The translations under genes and the position numbers were made by a program. Under the pieces are notes generated by a model that worked only from the letters and a program-made list of their open reading frames with translations, made no database searches and was not told the DNA's origin. A DNA stretch of 64,000 nucleotides, taken from assembly GCA_963514005.1 (NCBI GenBank), contig OY740804.1, positions 19,344,001-19,408,000 on the forward strand, read 5' to 3'. This document shows positions 12,740 through 23,544 of the stretch, in pieces. This DNA comes from Raja brachyura (Eukaryota). How positions within the stretch are numbered: the stretch's first letter is position 1; each line of letters begins with the position of its first letter.

Positions 12740-12985
12740 TTGTGTTTAATGGTCTGATGGCTGTGGGGGAAAGCTGTTCCTGAACCTAGATGTTGCAGGC
12801 TTCAGGCTCCTGTACTTTCTACCTGATGGCAGCGGGGAGATGAGGGTGTGGCCAGGATGGTTTGGGTCATTTTGAGGCAGCGACTACGATAGATCCCCTA
12901 GATGGTAGGGAGGTGAGAGCCGATGATGGACTGGGCAGTGGTCACAACTTTTTGCAGTATTTTCTGCTCCTGGACACTCAGTAAC
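12740..12985 (-). mobile_element. Rex1-like 3' fragment
   Basis: VQEQKILQKVVTTAQSIIGSHLP and an LPSGRKYRSL-type C-terminus; homologous to 56930-57105. Confidence 0.6.
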
Positions 12986-13109
12986 TCAGCGGAAGAGGCA
13001 GCATCCCTGAAGAACGTGTGTAGGTGAGGTTTCCGTTGGGATACTTCTTTAGACTGATTGAGGCAGGGTGGGAAGATGTATTGTCCACATAACTGTGGGA
13101 GTTGATAGG

Positions 13110-13355
13110 TTCTCACAGCCAGCTGTGAGTCTGTGGAATTTCTTGCCTCAGAGGGCAGTGGAGGCCGGTTCTCTGGATACTTTCAAGAGAGAGCTAGATT
13201 GGGCTCTTAAAGATAGCGGAGTCAGTGGATATGGGGAGAAGGCAGGAACGCAGTACTGATTGGGGATGATCAGCCATGATCACATTGAATGGTGGTGCTG
13301 GCTCGAACGGACAAATGGTCTACTCCTGCACCTATTGTTTGTTGCCTATTGTCTA
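13110..13355 (+). mobile_element. CR1 3' end
   Basis: SLWNFLPQRAVEAGSLDTFKRELD, conserved 3'UTR and (ctattgt) tail. Confidence 0.82.
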
Positions 13356-14105
13356 TTTACAGTAGTCTTGACTATCATCAGCGACCAAGTCTAAACATCC
13401 TCAGGGCTGTAAATTACAAACATTTACCCCTCTGGGTGAATACATTTATTCTCTAACCTGAGATGGTGTCCCGTGGGTCCAGAGACACCAGCCAAGGAAA
13501 ACATCCTTCCTGGGTCTAGTCTGTCAATCTCTGTTAAATTTAAAGACCTCAAAGCAATTGCTTCTCATTCTTCTGCTAAATTCTACAGGGTTCAGGCCAG
13601 GTCTGCTTCATCTCTCCTCATGGGACATCCCCACCATCACAAGAATCATTCTGCTTAACCTTTGGGCCATTGCCCCAAATCCACAAATATCCTTCCATAG
13701 GTTGGGAGACCAGATCCAGGACAGTGTCAAGGGTGCTTCATTCTGTATCTGACCAGTGCCCTGGGAGTGAGTGTTTATATCTGGGCATACGGTTAACTAC
13801 CCAGTACTGCGGGGGAAGAGGTGGTGACTGAAAAATTGAGAGCTGATTTTGAATCAGAAGAAAAATAGTCAGTATCAGAGGATGAGGAGGAGATGGGCTA
13901 CTGAGGGGCAATGTTCAGAGAGGCAGAATTTTGCATGGGGAGGGATACAGGGGTGTGATGTGAGGGGTGGTTGGGGAAGCTGAGGCAGGGTGTTGGGGTG
14001 ATGGGGATTTTTCCCCAGCCTGAGGTGGGATGGAGTGGATCCATTGATCCCGTGTCCCTCAGAGCGCGAGGATGGAGTAATCACAGAATCTTTTCTCATC
14101 TCCAG

Positions 14106-14225
14106 GTACAGTTAATAAAACATTGATACCGGTCGTTGTCAGTGTGAGCGTTGTGGTCCTTGTCGTTGTGGTCTCTGCCATTGTGATTCGCATCAAACGC
14201 CATTCTAGAAGGGACAGGCCAGCAG
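14106..14225 (+). CDS. Gene A: transmembrane exon (uncharged TM)
   Basis: Acceptor ttttctcatctccag|gt, phase 1. GTVNKTLIPVVVSVSVVVLVVVVSAIVIRIKRHSRRDRPA is a hydrophobic span followed by a basic stop-transfer cluster. It ends at a non-canonical donor cag|GCAAGT, phase 1. Confidence 0.85.
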
Positions 14226-14560
14226 GCAAGTGTCTGACCCCTGAGGGCCAAAGGTCACAGCCCAGGGGGGAATATGGGGCGAGGGAGGAGGGGTGGTGTT
14301 CAGGGTACAGAAAAATCTCAACACGCTCTGTAAACCAGGGGACTCAGTCCAGGGGAAAAGGGTGAGGTGGGGTTGGCAGTGCAAGGTACAGGAAAGTGTC
14401 CCACACACACAGCCTCTGGACCAAGGGTTACCGCCCAGGGGAGGAGGTTAGGAGTGGGTGGGGTTCAAGATACAGGAAAGTCACAGCTTGAGAGGTCACA
14501 GCTCTGGACAGGATATAGAAAGGGGGCTGGGGTCAGGGTGAGGGGCCGGGGTGACGGGAA

Positions 14561-15708
14561 ACATAGAAACATAGAAACATAGAAATTAGGTGCAGGAATA
14601 GGCCATTCGGCCCTTCGAGCCTGCACCGCCATTCAATATGATCATGGCTGATCATCCAACTCAGTATCCCGTACCTGCCTTCTCTCCATACCCTCTGATC
14701 CCCTTAGCCACAAGGGCCACATCTAACTCCCTCTTAAATATATCCAATGAACTGGCCTCAACTACCCTCTGTGGCAGAGAATTCCAGAGACCCACCACTC
14801 TCTGTGTGAAAAAATTCCTTCTCATCTCGGTCCTAAAGGATTTCCCCCTTATCCTTAAGCTGTGACCCCTTGTCCTGGACGTCCCCAACATCGGGAACAA
14901 TCTTCCTGCATCTAGCCTGTCCAACCCCTTAAGAATCTTGTAAGTTTCTATAAGATCCCCTCTCAATCTCCTAAATTCTAGAGAGTATAAACCGAGTCTG
15001 TGCAGTCTTTGTTCATAAGACAGTCCTGACATCCCAGGAATCAGTCTGGTGAACCTTCGCTGCACTCCCTCTATGGCAATAATGTCCTTCCTCAGATTTG
15101 GAGACCAGAACTGTACGCAATACTCCAGGTGTGGCCTCACCAAGACCCTATACAACTGAAGTAGAACCTCCCTGCTCCTATACTCAAATCCTTTTGCTAT
15201 GAAAGCTAACATACCATTGGCTTTCTTCACTGCCTGTTGTACCTGCATGCCTACTTTCAATGACTGGTGTACCATGACACCCAGGTCGCGCTGCATCTCC
15301 CCTTTTCCTAATCGGCCACCATTTAGATAGTAGTCGGTTTTCCTATTTTTGCCACCAAAGTGGATAACCTCACATTTATCCACATTATACTGCATCTGCC
15401 AAACATTTGCCCACTCACCCAGCCTATCCAAGTCACCTTGCATTCTCCTAGCATCCTCCTCACAGCTAACACTGCCCCCCAGCTTAGTGTCATCCGCAAA
15501 CTTGGAGATATTGCCTTCAATTCCCTCATCCAGATCATTTATGTATATTGTAAATAGCTGGGGTCCCAGCACTGAGCCTTGCGGTACCCCACTAGTCACT
15601 GCCTGCCATTGTGAAAACGATCCGTTAACTCCTACTCTTTGCTTCCTGTTTGCCAGCCAGTTCTCTATCCACATCAATACTGAACCCCCAATGCCATATG
15701 CTTTAAGT
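14561..15708 (-). mobile_element. Young 5'-truncated CR1 with an uninterrupted 338-aa ORF2 C-terminus
   Basis: [31 protein letters not shown] and LVRPHLEYCVQFWSP; (tatgtttc)n tail at 14561-14585; lies in the gene A intron after the TM exon. Confidence 0.95.
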
Positions 15709-15929
15709 TTAAGAAAAGGGACAAAGATCCAAGAAATGGTGTGGGAGGGAGAGGGGATGAAGGTTGGAGGACGAGGCTGGGAGGGTAGAAATAGCAGACG
15801 GTGCGTGTAGTTGGCATGGAGGGAGGGAGAGAGAGGGGTGATCGGGAAGCGTCTGGGTGTGACTGGAGTGTGAAGGAGTTGTTGTATGGTGCGGGCAGGT
15901 CCTCATTACTCTCTCTCTCTGCCCCACAG

Positions 15930-16018
15930 ACCCAGGGCCCACAGAGACTATCTACGCACAGGTTGAGCAACCACAGAGACGTCCTGCCAAACGGCAGCCT
16001 CCGGAGGGATACGAGACG
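15930..16018 (+). CDS. Gene A: cytoplasmic exon 1 with ITSM (TIYAQV)
   Basis: Acceptor ctctctctctgccccacag|ac; phase 1 matches the TM exon. Reads DPGPTETIYAQVEQPQRRPAKRQPPEGYET, with donor acg|gtaacg in phase 0. This frame is not in the ORF track. Confidence 0.85.
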
Positions 16019-16124
16019 GTAACGGGACACGTTCTGACCCATGGGAGAGGGGATCAGTGGGACTGAACCCTCAATCCTAGAGACCACTCTCAGTATCCCC
16101 AGCCAGGCCAGGGTTAAAAATGGG

Positions 16125-17070
16125 CACACACCCAGCTACTGGGGTTCACTGTCCCCACACTGCCAGTTACTGGGGTACACTGTCCCCACACACTAGTTAC
16201 TGGGGTACAGGATCCCTCGCACACCCAATTACTGGGGTTCACTGTCCCCACACTGCCAGTTACTGGGGTACACTGTCCCCACACACTAGTTACTGGGGTA
16301 CAGGATCCCTCGCACACCCAATTACTGGGGTTCACTGTCCCCGCACACTAGTTACTGGGGTACAGGATCCCTCGCACACCCAATTACTGGGGTTCACTGT
16401 CCCCGCACACTAGTTACTGGGGTACAGGATCCCTCGCACACCCAATTACTGGGGTTCACTGTCCCCGCACACTAGTTACTGGGGTACAGGATCCCTCGCA
16501 CACCCAATTACTGGGGTTCACTGCCCCGCACACTAGTTACTGGGGTACAGGATCCCTCGCACACCCAATTACTGGGGTTCACTGTCCCCGCACACTAGTT
16601 ACTGGGGTACAGGATCCCTCGCACACCCAATTACTGGGGTTCACTGTCCCCACACCGCCATTTACTGGGGTACACTGTCCCCACACCGCCAGTTATTGGG
16701 GTACACTGTCCCCCACACACCCATTTACTTGGGTACACTGTCCCCACAGACCCAGTTACTGGGGTACACTGTCCCCCACACTGCCATTTACTGGGGTACA
16801 CTGTCCCCACACCGCCAGTTATTGGGGTACACTGTCCCCCACACACCCATTTACTTGGGTACACTGTCCCCACACACCCATTTACTTGGGTACACTGTCC
16901 CCACACACCCAATTACTGGGGTTCACTGTCCCCACACCGCCAGTTACTGGGGTTCACTGTCCCCACACCGCCAGTTACTGGGGTACACTGTCCCCACACC
17001 ACCAGTTATTGGGGTACACTGTCCCCCATACACCCATTTACTGGGGTACACTGTCCTCACACACCCAGTC
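16125..17070. repeat. Minisatellite of 30-32-nt monomers with higher-order (93-nt and 62-nt) organisation
   Basis: Monomers such as ggggtacactgtccccacacactagttact and ggggtacaggatccctcgcacacccaattact are tandem with no unique spacers. Confidence 0.95.
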
Positions 17071-17159
17071 ACTGTGCTATGCCTACTTCTCTTTACACAG
17101 TTGAGTGTGTCCAGAGCGCAACGTCCCTTTGCTGTAAGCACTCTCTGCTTTCTCTACAG

Positions 17160-17318
17160 GTTCAGAGACAGGAGGAGAGAATTGAGATCCTTGCCTCCGT
17201 GTATGATACTGTCACCTCTCCTGGGACCTCAGGCATTGGATCACTGGCCACCCCTGGAAACTCCCCGCACTGTGAGCCAGGAGACGTCCATCCTCCACCC
17301 CAGCCCGGGGCCCACTGA
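17160..17318 (+). CDS. Gene A: terminal cytoplasmic exon with SVYDTV motif and stop
   Basis: Acceptor ctctctgctttctctacag|gtt; phase 0 matches the previous exon. VQRQEERIEILASVYDTVTSPGTSGIGSLATPGNSPHCEPGDVHPPPQPGAH* with TGA at 17316-17318. Confidence 0.8.
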   Translation, partial: VQRQEERIEILASVYDTVTSPGTSGIGSLATPGNSPHCEPGDVHPPPQPGAH

Positions 17319-18014
17319 TCCCAGACCGGGGCAGCAGTCCTACAGCACAGAAGAAGGCCCTTCAACACACCATGCGCATGCTGACTATCCATTTAATACA
17401 TTTGCTCTGGGGCCATCTGTGCCTTGGTTATTTAAGTGCTCCATAAACAGTGTGAGAGTCTCTGCCTCCACCACCAAAGATACTAGAGCAGAGCAAGATA
17501 GACCACTCCTGCAAAATCCAATGGACTGATGAGTAGTACGCTAGGGAGTCAGTGCTGGACTTACCTATAAGCTAAATAAGCTATAGCTTAGGGCCACACA
17601 CCATCGGGGGCCTCAGTTTTTGAAATATATTTTTATTTTATCATTTTTTACCCAAATTATTTTAGAGAAGGGCCTCATATTTCATGCAGCTTAGGGCCTC
17701 AGCAGGTGAAAGTCCGGCCCTGTACGAAGTGTAACTTCCGCCATTTCAGTGAACCCGACCCACTTCAGTTATGCGTCTCGTAGTGTAATCAACATTGCGG
17801 GGGTAGAGTGTGTGTTTTTGATGTTTTAAATGTTTTTTCAAATGTTCTTTTTAAATGGCTCATGTCCTGTGTTTGAATCGATTTTTGTAGTAACATATAT
17901 AAAGGAGAATATATATATGAGGGTTACACAAAAAGCTGTAACTCAGAGAAACTCAGCGGGTGCAGCAGCATCTAAGGAGCGAAGGAGATAGGCGACGTTT
18001 CGGGTCGAGACCCT

Positions 18015-18290
18015 TCTATATATAAATGTGATATAGATGCATATAATTATATAACACACATATATATTTCTCTAGTTTCTTATATATATAAACACATATA
18101 TATTAATTATATATTATATATATACATATGATGCATATATATGTGTGACATAATGTATGTACATCTATGTACAATTATGTACATCTATGTACATAAATAT
18201 ATAACACACATATATATATATTCTGGTTTCTTTCTTGTAATCTCGAATTATTTGTTGAGCTTTCTTTCTTTCTTTCTTTCTTTCATTCAT
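18015..18290. repeat. AT-rich low-complexity and (TTTC)n/(TTCA)n tract
   Basis: (TA)n-like and tttc repeats visible directly. Confidence 0.8.
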
Positions 18291-18330
18291 TCAACCTCTC
18301 TCTGTCCCTCTATGAAATCCTAATATTGTG

Positions 18331-18336
18331 AATAAA
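18331..18336 (+). promoter_or_regulatory. Candidate polyadenylation signal for gene A
   Basis: First AATAAA I could find downstream of the stop at 17318, implying a 3'UTR of about 1 kb. Confidence 0.35.
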
Positions 18337-19154
18337 ATATCAATGAACACAAAGGCTGGCGGAACAGGATCAAGGGTTTGGTTTAGTCCAGGGATTGGCA
18401 ACGTTTTTTGCATAGGGGCCAGGACCCCATATTTTTCACATAGAAGGAGGGGGTGGAATATATATATATAATACAGTATATGGAATGCTGCCAGAGGTAG
18501 GTACATCGTAACATTTAAGACTTTTGGACAGGTACGTGGAATGGTTTAGAGGGATAAGTCAAATGTGGGCAAATGTTAACAGCTTAAGTTAGGAAGGATG
18601 AGTTGGGTCGAAGAGCCTATCTTCTTGGAGAACCAAGGAATTGCTGAATCTGGTTTATTATAAAGACGTACAGTGCAAAGTGGCAAAGGGCCAGGATGCA
18701 TGGCTGGACAGGTGATATTTCAGGTTAACACCTTTCTTCAGATTGATTGTAATAGTGAATTGGGGTTGGGGGGGCAGTTGGGTGGAGATGTAGATAGCTG
18801 GAAGAGAAGTGGGGGCAGGACAAAGTTTGGGAAGTGATAGGTTGGTGCAGGTGAGGTGGGATTTGATTGGCAGTTGCATAATTCTCCAACATTTCCGCCA
18901 TCTTTAATGTGATCCCACCACTAGTCTCATCTTCCCATCCCCACCCCTTTCCACCTTCTGAAGAGACCACTCCCTTCACAACCTGGTTTCATTCATCCCT
19001 TCCCACATTTTCCACCCCTTCCCTCGTTACTTCCATGTGACACCTGCCCTATAATGTGAATGCTCGGCAAGAATTAGGTGGGCCAAAGGGCCTGGTCCAT
19101 GCTGTATCTCCTACCTAAACTAAAATATATTTAAATATATTAAAATTTTGTAAC

Positions 19155-21628
19155 CATTTGCTGTTTTTCTTGCTCTCATATTCTGGTTCCCCTTTCTTTA
19201 TCAATGTCTTGATCCTTTGCTCAACTGTGAAATGTTTTGCAGTCCTTGGGTCTAATATTCATTGGTAACATTTTGAGTTTATAATTGTTATGTGTGGTGA
19301 GCTACAGTGTAAATCTTTATTTTGCACGCTACCCAAACAGATCAGATAGTCCATGCACAGACACAATCATTTCAAACTGAGTACAGTAGATAGAGCAAAG
19401 ACAAAGATACAGAGTGCAGCATATCGTTCCCACCAGTTTTCGACATTTCCTTTGATCTAACCTCTTTAATCTTATTAACCACAGCTGTCGTACTTATGTT
19501 TGTGTTCCGGTGTGGAAATCTTTCTAACTACTGGCTCAGTCTAGTTAAAGGGTGCTATTACTGGCTCCTACCGTGTTTTTGAAGGTAGAAACTCAGTCAA
19601 ACAGTGTCTGTGCTCTCAGTTTGCTTTCTTCAGATATATTCACACTACAGTCAGGGGGGGGGGGGATATGTCCGTCGTTACAGACAAACTGGAAATTTCA
19701 TCACAGAACAAACACAATTGGAGACCTTTGCAACTGCCGTTGGTTCCAGGAACAGTCCATTGTTTCTTGGGATCATTGATCTGGCACAGGCTCTGTTCTG
19801 ATCCCGTGCCCACGGCGTTATCCCTCTCCCGGTCTCACCTGCTCCACTCTCCATCCCCTCCCTAGGTATTTACATGTACTGTAACAAATGCCCGATAGTG
19901 TGAACAGGTAATCGATGGTCTGCATTGACTGGGTGGGCTGAAGGGCCTGTTTCACGCTGCATTTCCGACCTAAATTAAGATATTGATTCTCCTGTCTCAG
20001 TCGTGATGGTTCCATATCAACATTAGTCAATCATTGCCACTCGACAGATCCACAGCTGTTGGTAAACATTTGCTGTTTTTCTTGCTCTTTTATTCTGCTT
20101 CCCCTTTCTTTGCCAATGACTTGATCCTTTTCTCAACTGTGAAACGTTTTACAAACTTCGGTAACATTTTAAGTTTGCGTTTGTTATTGCCACGTGTGCA
20201 GAGGTACAGTGGAAAGCTTTATTTTTCATGCTACTCAAACAGAGTAGATAGTCCATACACAGACAATAACTTCAAACTAAAGTACAGTAGATAGAGCAAA
20301 TGTGAATATATAGCGAGCAGAATATAGTTCCCAGCAGTGCAGCACATCAGTTTTAGCCCTTTTTTAAAAAATCTCTTTAATCTTATTAGCCACAGCTGTA
20401 GTACTTCTTTTGTTTGTGTTCTGGTGTGGAAATCTTTTGAATTACTGGCTCAGTGTAGTTAAAGGGTGCTGTAACTGGCTCCTACCGTGTGTTTGAAAGT
20501 AGTTTCTCAGTCAACCAGAGTCATCTCATTCTCAATGGTTTCATAGTTTGCTTCAGATATATTCACACTTAAGGGCCTGTCCCACTTGGGCGACATTTTT
20601 GGCGACAGCCTGAAAAGAGGTTGTCGCGGCGTGACGCGGGATGGCTCATGTAGTGACGCGCGGTGTCTCCCTGCCGCCCCTGGATTTTGGAATGTTCAAA
20701 GTCTTCAGGCAACATCTGGGTGTCTAGTCATGTCACACGCCCTGTCACACGCTGACGTATGCTGCCCTGCGGGTGATGCCCGGTGACGCGGGTATATAAA
20801 GCGCCGACTTTCAAAGCTTTTTAGATTATTTGGCTGAAGATAGCCAGGGCCAAAGTCCCCATAAAGAATGAAAAGTACAAAAGTACATAAATGTACAAAG
20901 TACATTATTAAGAACAAATAAATGAAAAAATAAAGATCTTTTTGTCTTGTTGAAGTTCATTGATGTAAATTGTAACGTTATTGTCAGATCTAACTATTGC
21001 TGTTAAATAAAATTTTTGCATAAGTATGATGTTCTTTGAAATATGCCGCTAAAGATATACAGTTACTTTTGTTGATGTTAAACCTTTCTTGTTAAACAAA
21101 TTGTTGTTTTTCAATATGATATTATTTTTAAGCTGACGTTAAATAAACAATTTATTTCTTTAAAAGTTATTGGTCCTTAGATTTATTGTAGATAAGATCA
21201 CTTCCAATGTGATTATTATACTTCAGTGTAAACTTCTTGTGTTGTGAAGGCGGGTGACGCAGATTGACGCAGCCCGTCGTAGATTGACGTACAACTTAAC
21301 GTTTTTAAGGGCGACTACGGGCGTCAGTCACTGACACTCACAGTCGCCGAAAAAAATCGCAAAGTGGGACAGACCCTTTACAGCTGGGAAGGGGGAAGGG
21401 GGAAGGAGGGGGAGAGTGAAGGTAATGAGGAGGAAGGAGGGGAGGATGGGATGTCTGGTCATTACAGACAAACTGGCAATTTCATCACAAGACAAACCCA
21501 ATTGGAAACCTTTGCAGCCGTCTTTGGTCCCAGGAACGGTCCGTTGTTTCTTGGGATCATTGGTTGGACACAGGCTCTCTTCTGATTCTGTGCCCACGGC
21601 ACTCTCCCTCTCCCGGTCTCACCTGCTC
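19155..21628. repeat. Tandem segmental duplication (19155-19844 and 20067-21628; second copy carries a MITE)
   Basis: Collinear blocks catttgctgtttttcttgctct...tactggctcagt...cagatatattcacac...acagacaaactgg...tgtttcttgggatcattg...ggtctcacctgctc occur in both copies. Confidence 0.88.
20572..21377. mobile_element. Non-autonomous PIF/Harbinger-like TIR element
   Basis: TIRs agggcctgtcccactt...aagtgggacagaccct, TTA on both sides (20569-71 and 21378-80), AT-rich non-coding interior; absent from the paralogous site at about 19645. Confidence 0.85.
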
Positions 21629-22300
21629 GACTTGCAGTCACAACACATTGCCACCTCAAACCCTCCTCTTCTTCCAAGACTTTCTCACACTCCAACCTCT
21701 GTCCTACCTCCTCCCGGTTTCCCGACCCCTGCTCACTCTGTCATCTGCCATTCCCAATCAACACTCTCTCCCTCTCTCCCCATCAGGCAGCCTCCTTTCC
21801 CATATTCTCCCAATCTACAGCCCCACCCAGCCATCCTCACTCTACTCTTTACACCTCGAGACCTCCTTCTGCTCTGTCCTTCTCCCACTCTCTGTCCCTA
21901 TGATCTTCCCTCATTCCTCTGTCCTTCCCGATGCCACCCATCTTCCTTCCAACCGCTCCATCTCCCCTCTTATTTCTGACACCTCTGCCCACCCCCCCAC
22001 CCCCGAACCCTCTACATTCATTCCCTCTTATCCTTTGTCACTTCTCTCTATCTCTCCTCCCTATCCGCCCCTCACCCTCCCCACCTCTGTCTGCCATAAC
22101 TCTCCTCACCCTCCTGACCTTCCTGCTGACTTCCCTTTCTAGAGTAGGGAATGCGAGAGGGGAAGTACGGAGAGGTGTGCAGGGAAGGAGAAGGACGGGA
22201 AAGAGAAAATGGGTAAGGGGAGAGGAAGGGAAGTGAGTGAGGAGCAGAGGCAGAGGGAAGTGGAAAAGCAGATATGGAGCAGGAAAGAGGTGAGGGGAAG

Positions 22301-22350
22301 TCATTCAGTCTTGTGAGGCCTGTCTGCAGTTCCACTGACAGGGCGGGCGC
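22301..22350 (-). CDS. Gene B: terminal exon, short tyrosine-free cytoplasmic tail
   Basis: Branch-point-like ctgac plus ctctcctatctctctccccacag|gc, similar to the acceptor of gene A cytoplasmic exon 1. Phase 1 gives SARPVSGTADRPHKTE*. Confidence 0.7.
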
Positions 22351-22689
22351 CTGTGGGGAGAGAGATAGGAGAGGTCAGTGCACCCTACGGGGGTCTGCTG
22401 GAGATGAACCACCTGTCCGTATACCTTCACCTCGCCTCTATCCAGTGACCCGAGCATTCCTGCCAGCTGAGAAAGACATTCACATGCACCTCCTCTAACC
22501 TCAATTAATACATCCAGTTTTCCCAATAGAGCCTCCTGTATACTGGGGAGACCAAGCATGGACTCTTTGTCTGTTTCAATGAACCGTTCCGTTTGGTCGG
22601 CCAATGACTATTGGATTTCCCATTTGCTAACATTTTAACTCCCCTTCCCATTCCCACACTTACTTTTCTGTCCTAGGCCTCGTCCACTG

Positions 22690-23042
22690 CCACCCTCTCA
22701 CTCTCTCTCCTTCCCTTCCTCCCTCGTACCCCTCCCTCTCTTTCCCTCCCTCCCTTCCTTTTTCCCTCCCTCATTCCCTCCTTTGCGCCCTACCTCCCTC
22801 CATCTCCCTCCCTCTCCCTCTCTCTTCCTCCATCTCTCTCTTCCTCACTTTCTTCCTCCCCCTTTTGCCCCCCTCCCTCCCTCTCCCTCCCATCTTCCGT
22901 CTCTCCCACGCTCCATCCTCTCCCTCCCTCCCTCCATCCCTCTCTCCATCCCTCCATCTCCTCTTTCCCCCTCCCTCTTTCCATCCCTTTCTCTCTGTGC
23001 CTCATTCCCTCCCTCCACCTCTCCCTCCCTCCCTCTGTCTCC
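22690..23042. repeat. CT-rich low-complexity tract
   Basis: Nearly pure pyrimidine (ccct/ctct) run. Confidence 0.85.
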
Positions 23043-23544
23043 CAGGTGAAAACAGAGGGAGTGTCAAGAGGAGCGGGATGGAGTGCTGGGGGATGAGGAA
23101 TGGCGGAGGATAGGAGTAGGAAGAGAGATGGCGAGGTAATGGAAATATTACATGCAAAGTTTTTAACTTTAACTTAACTTCTGCCGTTAGTGCAGGACTG
23201 TCAGCCGATCATGCGCAGTTGGGGGCTTTGGCTCAGTGGTGGAATATTGCGTTGGAAGACCAGGCCTCCCATGTGACCACTTGCTAATTATCCCCATCTG
23301 CCTATCAACATCCCCCCCTCTCCGCCTTTGTCAATCTTTTACCTGCTATGCTTTGTCCAGCCTTCCCTGTTTCCAACTTTCTGCTCCCGCCCCTACAAAC
23401 AAGGATCTCGAACTGAAACGTCACCTATCCATGTTCCCCAGAAATGCTGCCTGAACTGCTGAGCTACTGTTATACTGTTTAAAGCCCATAGCGCTGTGGC
23501 CAGTAGCACTGTATTTAAACCCCATAGCGCTGCAGCCGGGGGAG

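Noticed and set aside
16125-17070. CRISPR-like array or repeat protein (ORF 16696-17529, 277 aa)
   Set aside because: Eukaryotic context, tandem monomers without unique spacers, no cas genes; the N-terminal half of the ORF is translated minisatellite.
17101-17133. Micro-exon ending at gct|gtaagc
   Set aside because: The following intron to 17159 would be only about 26 nt, too short to splice.
21416-23113. Pro/Ser/Leu-rich ORFs (e.g. 21416-21979, 21564-22142, 22783-23049)
   Set aside because: Products of pyrimidine-rich low-complexity DNA with no domain features.
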